This document shows positions 8,879 through 17,869 of a stretch of 33,739 bases of DNA, one piece after another. The position numbers were made by a program, and so were the translations under genes. A model generated the notes under the pieces. It was not told the DNA's origin, did not search any database, and was given only the letters and a program-made list of their open reading frames with translations. Positions within the stretch are counted from its first letter, which is position 1, and each line of letters begins with the position of its first letter. Source of the DNA: a virus (taxonomy: Duplodnaviria > Caudoviricetes); IMG/VR virus record IMGVR_UViG_3300017914_001820, positions 1 through 33,739 of that record; one strand, 5' to 3'.

Positions 8879-11710
8879 ATGAGTGAAAGAGAATATATTG
8901 TTACGTTAAAGAAAGGTGTAGACTATGCTGCATTCAATGCAGAGATGATAGCTACAACTGGAGCAGGCGATATTCCAGGAAGAAGTGTTACGGTTGCTGA
9001 CGCTCGTCCAGGATCGCAACGTAATACTCATTATATGTTAACAGATGCAGAAGCAGATGCTCTTAACAATGACACAAGAGTAATTGCATGCGAATTGCGT
9101 CCTGATTTGCGTGACGATATAGAAATTGTGAATTACGCTGCTCAAACAGGTAACTTTAACAAAACAGACGATACTAGAGGTACATTTGTAAATTGGGGCT
9201 TGCGTAGAATAAATGAAATAAACAATCCATACATTGGTAATAATGTAACAGGTGATTATAATTATACCATAGACGGTACAGGCGTAGATATTGTTATACA
9301 AGACAGTGGTATACAAGCTGACCATCCAGAATTTCAAGATGCAGACGGTGCGAGCAGAGTACAGGAAGTAGATTGGTATAGTGTACAAAGTGTTGTAAGT
9401 GGTACAATGCCAACCGAACACTATACAGATTATGATGGTCACGGTACACATTGCGCAGGTATTGCAGCTGGTAAGACATATGGCTGGGCAAAAAATGCAA
9501 AAATTTATGCTGTAAAAGTAGCAGGACTAGAAGGATCAACAGATCCAAATACAGGTATTGCTGTATCTCAAGTATTTGACATTATCAAAGAATGGCATAA
9601 TGCTAAATCAGTTGATCCACTTACAGGCGCAAAACGTCCAACTATTGTTAATATGAGTTGGGGTTATACATCTACGTTTTCAAATATCACAGGTGGTAAC
9701 TATAGAGGCACTGATTGGACAGGAACCACTAGAGATACTGCCAAAGGTATGATCGGAAGTCTTCGTAGCGGCGTATATAGATATCCAACAAGAGTTGCTT
9801 CTGTAGATACAGATGTAGACGAATTAATAGACGCAGGCGTACATGTTTGTATTTCTGCAGGTAACTACAAACAAAAGATTGATGTTGATGGTGGCGATGA
9901 TTACGACAACTACTTTACAAGAAGTGATAGTGCAGGAAATAAATATTACCACAGAGGTGGTTCGCCTCACAGTCAAGAAGCATTTATTGTAGGTAATATT
10001 GATACAGCAATCGCAAATGACGGTAAAGAACAAAAAGCAACCAGTTCAGAAACAGGACCAGGTGTTAATATGCATGCACCAGGAACCAAAATATTTAGCA
10101 CACTGAGTACAACTACAGTTTACACAAGTGGACCGTATCCTGAAGACGACGATTACAAAATTGGAAGTTTAAGTGGAACGTCAATGGCTTCTCCACAAGT
10201 AGCAGGAGTGCTTGGACTTTATCTACAACTTAACCCAACTGCTACTCCAGCACAAGCACTTTCATACTTTAAAGGAAGTGCCAAAGCGGATAGAATTTAT
10301 ACTACTGCGAACAACTCAACAGATTATTCAAATGATAGAAGTTTGCTCGGATCTACTAATAGATTCCTGTGGAATAAATTTAACAGTAACACACAACTAT
10401 CAATTGGTAGTACGTTTAGTGAAGTAATCACTGAGGAAGTTGCGATTAGAACGTATGTATTGACAAGAAGTGCTGCTTCTGTAAACGAAGGCGACTCAGT
10501 GGTAATTACACTTACAACAACTAATGTTGCAGACGATACCCTAGTTCCTTATACAATTACAGGAGTATCAGGAGGAGACTTTGGCGGAAGTCTAACAGGT
10601 AACTTTACAGTCTCAAATAATACTGCTACAAAAACCTTTACATTTACAGAAGACTTTGCCACTGAAGGCAACGAAACATTTACACTTTCACTAGATGGCA
10701 TTGATGAATCAGTTAGTGTCACAGTAAATGATACAAGTGAAGCAGCACAAACACCTAGTTATGCAGTTACATCGGCAGCAAATAATGTAGATGAAGGTAG
10801 TGCGCTTACTATGAATGTTGCAACTACAAACGTTGCAGATTCAACAACACTATATTGGACTGTAACAAATAGTGGAGACTTCGGTACTGCAAGTGGTAGC
10901 TTTACAATTACAAACAATGCAGGTTCATTTACTGTAACACCTACGGCTGATGCAACAACAGAAGGCAGTGAAACATTCACCGTACAGATCAGAACAGGTA
11001 GTATAACAGGAACAGTGGTTGATACATCGGATTCGATTACTATAAATGATACAAGTCTTACTCCTGCCGCGGCAACATATGCAGCAACACCTGCTGCTAC
11101 TGATATAGATGAAGGTAGTGCTCTAACTATTAATGTTGCAACAACTAATGTTGCAGATGCAACAACATTATATTGGACTGTAACGAACGCAGGTGACTTT
11201 GGTACTTCAAGTGGCAGCTTTACGATTACAAGCAATGCAGGTTCATTCACAGTTACACCTACAGCCGATGCAACAACAGAAGGCGCAGAAACCTTCCAAG
11301 TACAAATTAGAACAGGTAGTGTAAGCGGTACTGTTGTTGATACTACAGATAATATTACTATCAATGATACAAGCACATTTAGTCCAGACTACACAATTAC
11401 AGTAACTAATAGTGGCAATTCATATACATTATCAGGGACAGATAGAAATGGTGCAGTAAGTGGATCACAGCCAACTCTAACATTTAACGACGGTGATAAT
11501 GTTAGATTTAGTGTAAATGCTAGTACAGCAAGTGCGCATCCATTCTATATTAAAACTACACAAAGCACAGGAACTGGAAACCAAGTATCGGGTGCTACAG
11601 GACAAGGTACTACACAAGTAGATTGGACAACATCAACTGACGGTGCAGGATCTTATGGATATCAGTGCTCCGTCCACTTCGGTATGTGGAATACTATAAC
11701 AATATCTTAA
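8879..11710 (+). CDS. S8 (subtilisin-like) serine protease with Ig/Calx-beta-like repeats and C-terminal cupredoxin-like domain
   Basis: Catalytic motifs GVDIVIQDSGI (Asp), DGHGTHCAGIAAG (His), ISAGN (oxyanion Asn) and SGTSMASPQVAG (Ser). Has a prodomain-like N-terminus, three ~100-aa repeats and a terminal HPF...YQCSVHFGM. Confidence 0.88.
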   Translation: MSEREYIVTLKKGVDYAAFNAEMIATTGAGDIPGRSVTVADARPGSQRNTHYMLTDAEADALNNDTRVIACELRPDLRDDIEIVNYAAQTGNFNKTDDTRGTFVNWGLRRINEINNPYIGNNVTGDYNYTIDGTGVDIVIQDSGIQADHPEFQDADGASRVQEVDWYSVQSVVSGTMPTEHYTDYDGHGTHCAGIAAGKTYGWAKNAKIYAVKVAGLEGSTDPNTGIAVSQVFDIIKEWHNAKSVDPLTGAKRPTIVNMSWGYTSTFSNITGGNYRGTDWTGTTRDTAKGMIGSLRSGVYRYPTRVASVDTDVDELIDAGVHVCISAGNYKQKIDVDGGDDYDNYFTRSDSAGNKYYHRGGSPHSQEAFIVGNIDTAIANDGKEQKATSSETGPGVNMHAPGTKIFSTLSTTTVYTSGPYPEDDDYKIGSLSGTSMASPQVAGVLGLYLQLNPTATPAQALSYFKGSAKADRIYTTANNSTDYSNDRSLLGSTNRFLWNKFNSNTQLSIGSTFSEVITEEVAIRTYVLTRSAASVNEGDSVVITLTTTNVADDTLVPYTITGVSGGDFGGSLTGNFTVSNNTATKTFTFTEDFATEGNETFTLSLDGIDESVSVTVNDTSEAAQTPSYAVTSAANNVDEGSALTMNVATTNVADSTTLYWTVTNSGDFGTASGSFTITNNAGSFTVTPTADATTEGSETFTVQIRTGSITGTVVDTSDSITINDTSLTPAAATYAATPAATDIDEGSALTINVATTNVADATTLYWTVTNAGDFGTSSGSFTITSNAGSFTVTPTADATTEGAETFQVQIRTGSVSGTVVDTTDNITINDTSTFSPDYTITVTNSGNSYTLSGTDRNGAVSGSQPTLTFNDGDNVRFSVNASTASAHPFYIKTTQSTGTGNQVSGATGQGTTQVDWTTSTDGAGSYGYQCSVHFGMWNTITIS
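10760..11376 (+). repeat. Tandem in-frame direct repeat, period 318 nt (106 aa), two close copies
   Basis: GATGAAGGTAGTGC occurs at 10790 and 11108. Both copies encode DEGSALTxNVATTNVADxTTLYWTVTNxGDFGT.SGSFTIT.NAGSFTVTPTADATTEG.ETF.VQIRTGS. A more diverged third copy lies at about 10454-10738. Confidence 0.9.
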
Positions 11711-11719
11711 GGACAACAA

Positions 11720-12508
11720 ATGGCAGTTCAAACAATAAACATAGGCAATGTAGCAAACGACGGCACTGGTGATGATCTTAGAGAAGCATTTATAAAAGTA
11801 AATGCAAACTTTGAAGAACTAGATCTACGTGATGATGAGCAGACTACAGTAACTAACTTAGGTTCTACAGGCGAAGGAATTTACGCAAATAAGATCAATT
11901 ATGATCTACAATTTAAGAAAATTATTGGCGGCGATAATATAACTTTGACAGCCACCGATAATAATATAACTATTGCTAATGATCTAGCAGGTATTACACA
12001 ATCAGATGTTGCAGATGATCCTTACGTCACTAAAGAGTTTACATTTGATGGCAGAATAAAATATAATAATGTATACAATGAACTAACAGATTTACCTGAT
12101 GCAAGCACATATCACGGAATGTTTGCTCACGTTCACGCAACAGGTGGTGCATACTTTGCTCATAGTGGGCAATGGGTGGAACTTGCAAACAAAAACGAAA
12201 CCTTTACAGAAGTAGCAGCAGATCTTACTCCACAACTAGGCGGCAATTTAGATGGTCAAGGATTTGCTTTACAAAATATTGGGGCTATTAATGCAAGCAC
12301 TGTTACTGGTGCATTTGTTGGAAACTTAACCGGCCTTGTTCATGGATATGATATGCGCGACTGGGCTGCATGGAATGTAGGATTTGATTTCGGCGGTATC
12401 AACACTAATTACACAAGTGTCATAGAATGGATGGTTGGTAATAATGATGTTGATTTAGGATCTTTCGGTGAACCTGCAGCGGGTAGTATAGACCTAGGTA
12501 GTATTTGA
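11720..12508 (+). CDS. Virion structural protein with T4 gp10-like N-terminus and His-rich fibre module
   Basis: AAGGA RBS. MAVQTINIGNVANDGTGDDLREAFIKVNANFEEL; DLPDASTYHGMFAHVHATGGAYFAHSGQW; DLTPQLGGNLD. Confidence 0.7.
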   Translation: MAVQTINIGNVANDGTGDDLREAFIKVNANFEELDLRDDEQTTVTNLGSTGEGIYANKINYDLQFKKIIGGDNITLTATDNNITIANDLAGITQSDVADDPYVTKEFTFDGRIKYNNVYNELTDLPDASTYHGMFAHVHATGGAYFAHSGQWVELANKNETFTEVAADLTPQLGGNLDGQGFALQNIGAINASTVTGAFVGNLTGLVHGYDMRDWAAWNVGFDFGGINTNYTSVIEWMVGNNDVDLGSFGEPAAGSIDLGSI

Positions 12509-12514
12509 TTCCGA

Positions 12515-12520
12515 TAAATA
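12515..12520 (+). promoter_or_regulatory. Putative late promoter (TAAATA)
   Basis: ccgaTAAATActttatataagga upstream of 12540. Confidence 0.6.
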
Positions 12521-12539
12521 CTTTATATAAGGAATCAAA

Positions 12540-15500
12540 ATGAGCAGTTTGTGGAGTGTACCTTCAGGTAGAAAAATTACAAACCTGATTGAAAGATCAG
12601 AAGTAAATATACTTCTTCCATTAAATCCTAACGTACCAAGCACTGTTAAATTAATAACAGGTAAACTTCCTGCTGGAACACGAATTTCACAAGACGGCAG
12701 ATTTATTACAGGTACAGTCTACGAAGTTGCTTATAATACAACAAATAGATTTGTTCTTAGAGCAGAATACGAAGATAGGTTTGAAGATCGAACTTTAGAA
12801 ATAGATGTAGCCGGACCAGACGATCCAGTATGGCGCACAGGAGAAGGACTTTTACCAGTTGGTTCAAATCAATCTCTGTTTATCCTAGATAACGAACAGA
12901 TCGACTTTCAATTACAAGCTACTGATACTGACCTAAGTGCTGGTGATGTGTTAGAATATTATATTGCAGAAGGTGATGGGCAATTACCCCCGGGCATTAG
13001 TCTTAGCTTAGACGGCAAGTTAACAGGTATAGTTGAACCTTTATTAAGTTTAGATAAACGCTATCAAGCAGGCGGTTATGACAGTGCGCCTTTTGGCAGT
13101 TTACCTGCAGATTATGGAATAATATCTTCAAACGGTTTTGGTAGTTTTTTCTATGATAGTGTAAATTTTGATTATAACGAACCTGTATCTAATCCAAGAA
13201 AATTAAATAGATACTATCCGTTTAGAGTTACAGTTACAGACGGTGAGAATTTTGTAACAAGAGACTTTAAAATTTATCTAGTTGGTGACGATTATCTTAA
13301 GGCCGATAATACGATTATGCAAGCAAGCACAGGAGTATTTACAGCTGACAATACAAATGTTAGAACTCCGGTATGGTTGACTCCTGCCAATTTAGGATTT
13401 AAACGTGCAAATAACTATGTAACTATCAACTTAGATATTATTGACAACACTAGTTTAGAAGGTAAAATTGTTTACACACTAGAAAGTACAAATGATGATG
13501 GTACACAAAGTAAGTTACCACCTGGCACAACGCTTGATAGTCAAACAGGTGAAATAGTAGGGCGAATACCTTATCAGCCTGCAATTACTAGAGATTATAA
13601 ATTTACAATTAGAGCAACTAGAATTACTACTGATTTAGACACAGTAGCAATTAATGCAAACTATTTTGAAGATACTCTACTAGGAAAAACCAACTTCAAA
13701 GTTTATAAACTTGACAGGACAGGTGATATAGACGGCGTAAATGATTTATTAGAATTAATTGGTAGAAATATTTTATTAGAAAATAGAACATACAAAGTTA
13801 CAAACGTTGATGCACGTAATACAGATTACGATATTATTTTCTTGGAAACTAGTTTGTCGCCTAGTATAAACTTACAAACGACAAAGACTGCCAGAGTTGG
13901 TGATAATTCTATATTTGTAAACAGACTTACTGAATCAGAAAAAGAAAAATATAAAGATAGACAGATTAGATTAAGTGACAGCGAAGCATATAATATAAAT
14001 TCTATTACTCCTTATATAGAATGGGATATACAGCAAGTTAATCCTTCAGATGACCAAATATATCCAAGCGGATCGCCTAGAAGAATGGAAGTTGGTGAAA
14101 ATTTCTTTGCAGGTGATTATGCAATATATGGAGAAGATGTAGGAGGTAACAATAGAATTTATCGTGCAGATGTTACTCAAACTATCGAAGCACAAGTTGA
14201 CGGCGACGGGGATGCTATCCTAGTAGATGGTGTGAAGCAAATAGTATTTAGAAGTGTCGATTGGACTGAAGTTGCAGAAACACTAGACGAATTAAGTTTA
14301 GATGTTAGAATAGAAGCACTTAAACAAACATTAGAAGATGCTTACGGACATACTGCATATGTCTCAGTCAATGAAAATGATAATTTGAATTGGAAATTAC
14401 GTATTCCTAGCACCAGTCTAAGTCGCATTGCAGAAAACATAAAGCAATTCTTTATCCTAGGAGATGATAGTACACAAATAAATGCAACTGTAGTCAGAGA
14501 CAACGAACATAGATTGCTTCTTGATAGTAATCTAAGCACACAATTTAATCAGGGTAGAAATATAGGCATCGCCCTATTTAAAAATGACGGCTTTGTAGAA
14601 AATATTATTGTTGCTGCTAATGACGAAGTTGATATTCCAAGTACGACAAAAACCTTTGATCTTAAAGTTATAGGTGAAATAGACAGCACTATTACATGGA
14701 TTTCGGATTCAGATCTAGGAACTATCAATGCTAACTTTCCTAGCTACCTAAAAGTTGTAGCTGAAACAACAGTGCCTGACAGTCCTATGATTTATACTAT
14801 TAAGCAAGGAAGATTGCCTTTTGGAATGAGTCTTGCACACAACGGTGATATCATAGGAAGTGCTAGACAATATGTAACAGAAGAAGGCAACGGGCTCACT
14901 ACGTTTGACAATAAGCAAATAACTTGGGACGGATTCCAACCAGGTGATACAACTTTTGATAGGAAGTATACATTTACAGTTGAAGCAAAAGATAGGTTTG
15001 GTTATACAGCAACTGAAAAAGAATTTAGTCTTACAATATCAGATCTTGACAATACTGTGTATACCGATGTTTATGCACAACCTATGCTTCCTCAAACGCA
15101 AAGAACATTGTTTAAAAACTTTACAAGTAATACAGAAATTTTTCCTCCAGGAGATATTTATAGACCAAATGATAATCAATTTGGTATTAAGAATACCATG
15201 GAAATATTATTCTATGCTGGCATAGAAGCAAAGAGCATAGATAATTTTGTTGCTGCTGCTGCAAAAAATCATAAACGAAAGAATTATTACTTTGGTAATG
15301 TCAAGAAGGCAAAAGCAGTTGAAAACGGAACTAACGAAACTATATACGAAGTTATATACGTAGAAGTAATTGATCCTAACAAGCCTAAAGAAGGTAGCAC
15401 AAAGAAAAGTTTCAACATAGAAACCAAACACAAGATAACCACAGACAGTAATCAGTTTGCTATATTTGACGATGAGCAACGCACTGGAGGAGGTTATGAT

Positions 15501-16061
15501 CAATTAGGTATTAATACTAGAGGCAATGTAAGATTTATTCTAGCAGCAGATGGTAGAATCATCGTAGAAACAAGAGGCGGAGATGTAGTGTTGGATGTAG
15601 ATCTTGCAGACTTTGAAGTAGATGTAAGAGAAGGTGAAGATGTTACAGTTGAACTTACTCGTGGAGATGCTGAACCATATAGATTGCGCCCTAATACAAA
15701 TACAATCAAAGCAGACAGTGATGCCGTCAAAGTAAGCAATGGAAATGATAATACTAGATATATTTCAAATATAGATAATATGCGTGATAATATACGTGCA
15801 ATAGGCAAGACAGAAAGAAATTATTTGCCATTATGGATGCGTAGTCCGCAAGACCAATTACAAGAATTAGGCTACGTATCTGCCGTGCCTATTGCTTTTG
15901 TTAAACCAGGAAAAGCAGATGATATTATAAACGCTATCGATAATAGCAATTTTGATTTTAAACAATTTAATTTAGACATAGACAGATATATTGTTAGACG
16001 AACAGATGATTATGAAGATGAAAAATATATTCTTTTTGCTAACTATCAATTTAATGTGTGA
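12540..16061 (+). CDS. Large structural protein with putative Ig (He_PIG-like) repeats, likely baseplate component
   Basis: Repeated G.LP.G..L...G.I.G motifs (GKLPAGTRISQDG, GQLPPGISLSLDGKLTG, KLPPGTTLDSQTGEIVG, GRLPFGMSLAHNGDIIG), each followed by F.V.(A/V).D-like strands. Confidence 0.65.
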   Translation: MSSLWSVPSGRKITNLIERSEVNILLPLNPNVPSTVKLITGKLPAGTRISQDGRFITGTVYEVAYNTTNRFVLRAEYEDRFEDRTLEIDVAGPDDPVWRTGEGLLPVGSNQSLFILDNEQIDFQLQATDTDLSAGDVLEYYIAEGDGQLPPGISLSLDGKLTGIVEPLLSLDKRYQAGGYDSAPFGSLPADYGIISSNGFGSFFYDSVNFDYNEPVSNPRKLNRYYPFRVTVTDGENFVTRDFKIYLVGDDYLKADNTIMQASTGVFTADNTNVRTPVWLTPANLGFKRANNYVTINLDIIDNTSLEGKIVYTLESTNDDGTQSKLPPGTTLDSQTGEIVGRIPYQPAITRDYKFTIRATRITTDLDTVAINANYFEDTLLGKTNFKVYKLDRTGDIDGVNDLLELIGRNILLENRTYKVTNVDARNTDYDIIFLETSLSPSINLQTTKTARVGDNSIFVNRLTESEKEKYKDRQIRLSDSEAYNINSITPYIEWDIQQVNPSDDQIYPSGSPRRMEVGENFFAGDYAIYGEDVGGNNRIYRADVTQTIEAQVDGDGDAILVDGVKQIVFRSVDWTEVAETLDELSLDVRIEALKQTLEDAYGHTAYVSVNENDNLNWKLRIPSTSLSRIAENIKQFFILGDDSTQINATVVRDNEHRLLLDSNLSTQFNQGRNIGIALFKNDGFVENIIVAANDEVDIPSTTKTFDLKVIGEIDSTITWISDSDLGTINANFPSYLKVVAETTVPDSPMIYTIKQGRLPFGMSLAHNGDIIGSARQYVTEEGNGLTTFDNKQITWDGFQPGDTTFDRKYTFTVEAKDRFGYTATEKEFSLTISDLDNTVYTDVYAQPMLPQTQRTLFKNFTSNTEIFPPGDIYRPNDNQFGIKNTMEILFYAGIEAKSIDNFVAAAAKNHKRKNYYFGNVKKAKAVENGTNETIYEVIYVEVIDPNKPKEGSTKKSFNIETKHKITTDSNQFAIFDDEQRTGGGYDQLGINTRGNVRFILAADGRIIVETRGGDVVLDVDLADFEVDVREGEDVTVELTRGDAEPYRLRPNTNTIKADSDAVKVSNGNDNTRYISNIDNMRDNIRAIGKTERNYLPLWMRSPQDQLQELGYVSAVPIAFVKPGKADDIINAIDNSNFDFKQFNLDIDRYIVRRTDDYEDEKYILFANYQFNV

Positions 16062-16067
16062 TAAATA
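16062..16067 (+). promoter_or_regulatory. Putative late promoter (TAAATA)
   Basis: tgaTAAATAactgtataacaagga upstream of 16089. Confidence 0.6.
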
Positions 16068-16088
16068 ACTGTATAACAAGGATTCAAC

Positions 16089-16688
16089 ATGGCAAGTGAA
16101 ATTATAAGCACAACTATCGACGCAGCCTATCCAGTAGCCGGCGTAGACAACGACACCCAAGGGTTCCGTGACAACTTTCAAGTTATTAAGACAGGACTAA
16201 CAACTGCGGCAAGTGAAATTACTGCATTGCAAAATAATACTGCAAAGCTAAATGAGTCTAATGACTTTAATGGCACTAATATTAGTGATGCAAACCTTAC
16301 ATTAAACACAGAACAATACCATAACATTGGTACAGTTACTACTAGCCAAAATATTAGTTTTCTTAATGGACACTATCAAAGACTTGCTATAAATCCTTCA
16401 AACAATGCTATAACACTTACACTTGCAGATTGGCCTGATAGAGACGGATATGCTAGAATTACTGTAGAAATCAATACAATCAGTTTAGATCCAGATCCAG
16501 AAGAAGTACATACTGTAACTTGGCAAGTTGAAGGCGGCGGAACAATTAAGGCTGCATCTGGCTTTCCAAGTCCATTCAATTTGAACAGTGGTGACTATGC
16601 GCAGAATCCAGGAATTATTGAATTCTGGACAACAAACCAGGGCAACACAGTATATGCAAACTGGTTAGGTAGATTTACAGAGATCTAA
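16089..16688 (+). CDS. Putative virion structural protein
   Basis: AAGGA RBS. N-terminal YPVAGVDNDTQGFRDNF plus a coiled coil, then a beta-rich C-terminus. Lies at the end of the structural module. Confidence 0.55.
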   Translation: MASEIISTTIDAAYPVAGVDNDTQGFRDNFQVIKTGLTTAASEITALQNNTAKLNESNDFNGTNISDANLTLNTEQYHNIGTVTTSQNISFLNGHYQRLAINPSNNAITLTLADWPDRDGYARITVEINTISLDPDPEEVHTVTWQVEGGGTIKAASGFPSPFNLNSGDYAQNPGIIEFWTTNQGNTVYANWLGRFTEI

Positions 16689-16924
16689 TGCATCCATTTA
16701 TTAATAATTTACACGAATTAAGCGACAACGATTTAGAAGAAAAAGTCTTCTTACTCAATCGTCGCTTTTTTCAAACAAGTAATCCTGAAGTAAAGAGTCA
16801 AATTACACTTGCTTTAGATACATACAAACAAGAATTAAATTCAAGACGTGCTATTGCTGCACAAAAACAAAAAGATCAGCAAGACGGTGAAAAAGGTCTT
16901 GACAATCTTATCAATATATCATAA
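16688..16924 (+). CDS. Hypothetical helical protein (78 aa)
   Basis: TAATG coupling to the upstream gene; fills the gap exactly. Confidence 0.65.
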   Translation: MHPFINNLHELSDNDLEEKVFLLNRRFFQTSNPEVKSQITLALDTYKQELNSRRAIAAQKQKDQQDGEKGLDNLINIS

Positions 16925-16927
16925 TAT
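16899..16927 (+). promoter_or_regulatory. sigma70-type promoter for the DnaE fragment, probably leaderless transcript
   Basis: TTGACA (16899-16904), 17-nt spacer, TAATAT (16922-16927). The ATG is 6 nt further on and there is no SD sequence. Confidence 0.6.
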
Positions 16928-16933
16928 ACATAT

Positions 16934-17455
16934 ATGCTTATGAAAACAGACGACCTAGGTATACCACGATTCTCTAACCGCGATCTTATCGATATGATCT
17001 ATTCAGGTCATGCGGATAAAGTACACGTTGTACTATGCGATGAAAATGACGATGTAGATAAATTTAATACAGCAATGGCAGAACAAGGTATGAATCCATT
17101 GCAAAAGTATATCCCACTAGATGTAGATCAAAAGACTTTTGACGGTGTATGTCAAAGTGAATGGTTTATGCCTAATGAATACAAAGCAATTAATGTACAC
17201 AGTTGGATTCTTACAAAGTGTGAAACGCAGGAAGAAACAGCAAGATGTGCGGAAGAACTTGCAGAGTTTGAAGGTAGAGGATTGAATAACCTACTACGTT
17301 ATATGATATATCTTGTAGACTTTATGCGTGAGAATGGAATTGTATGGGGCGTAGGTAGAGGATCAAGTGTAGCTAGTTATGTGCTGTATTTGATCGGTGT
17401 ACATAGGATCAATTCAATCCAATATGACCTGGATTGGCGTGAGTTCTTACGCTAA
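16934..17455 (+). CDS. dnaE: DNA polymerase III alpha subunit (DnaE) fragment: N-terminal part of palm region only
   Basis: ARCAEELAEFEGRGLNNLLRYMIYLVDFMRENGIVWGVGRGSSVASYVLYLIGVHRINSIQYDLDWREFLR* aligns by eye to DnaE RLxxELxVIxxMGFxxYFLIVxxFIxWxKxNGVxVGPGRGSGAGSLVAYALxITDxDPLxFDLLFERFLN. Confidence 0.85.
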   Translation: MLMKTDDLGIPRFSNRDLIDMIYSGHADKVHVVLCDENDDVDKFNTAMAEQGMNPLQKYIPLDVDQKTFDGVCQSEWFMPNEYKAINVHSWILTKCETQEETARCAEELAEFEGRGLNNLLRYMIYLVDFMRENGIVWGVGRGSSVASYVLYLIGVHRINSIQYDLDWREFLR

Positions 17456-17458
17456 ATA
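17453..17458 (+). promoter_or_regulatory. Putative late promoter (TAAATA) overlapping dnaE-fragment stop
   Basis: gcTAAATAggtatgtagattaaggag upstream of 17483. Confidence 0.55.
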
Positions 17459-17482
17459 GGTATGTAGATTAAGGAGTCATTA

Positions 17483-17869
17483 ATGGCAAAACAAAATACA
17501 AGTAAAAAACAACACGTAAGTATGCGTGGAAAGGTAGTAGATATGGATCTACTACGCAAAAGAAATGAACTAACACCAGCAGTAGGAAACGCTCGTGTAA
17601 ATGCACGTGGTGATGAATTAGGTGCTGGCGGACGTATTCTAAGAAAAGCAGATGATCGTGTACGTGAACATTATGCTGCCGCGGGTAAGCCTCGCAGTGC
17701 TTCTGGTCGTGCAAAGCCACAAGCTGACGAAGTAGTATCGACTCCGGAAGAAACTGTAACTATTACCGAAGAGTTGACTGAAGCTGAGCAGGAAATGCTT
17801 GCTGAAGAACAAGAAGAGGCATGGGTTGAAGACGAAGACGGCAATTTTGTACCAAGAGGCGAGGCTTAA
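17483..17869 (+). CDS. Hypothetical protein (basic N-half, acidic C-tail)
   Basis: AAGGAG RBS; 128 aa; abuts the next gene. Confidence 0.75.
   Translation: MAKQNTSKKQHVSMRGKVVDMDLLRKRNELTPAVGNARVNARGDELGAGGRILRKADDRVREHYAAAGKPRSASGRAKPQADEVVSTPEETVTITEELTEAEQEMLAEEQEEAWVEDEDGNFVPRGEA

Noticed and set aside
10760-11376. Near-identical repeat pair as a possible DGR template/variable repeat
   Set aside because: Both copies are tandem, in frame and internal to one gene. Differences look mostly synonymous rather than adenine-specific, and no reverse transcriptase is in the window.
16688-16924. Resemblance of NLHELSDNDLEEKV to ribosomal protein L29
   Set aside because: Only a generic amphipathic helix pattern; the rest of the L29 signature is not evident.
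17440-17500. Frameshift, readthrough, intron or intein continuing the DnaE fragment
   Set aside because: No PDxDxDF motif or intein/intron signature was seen downstream. The next ORF has its own promoter motif and RBS.
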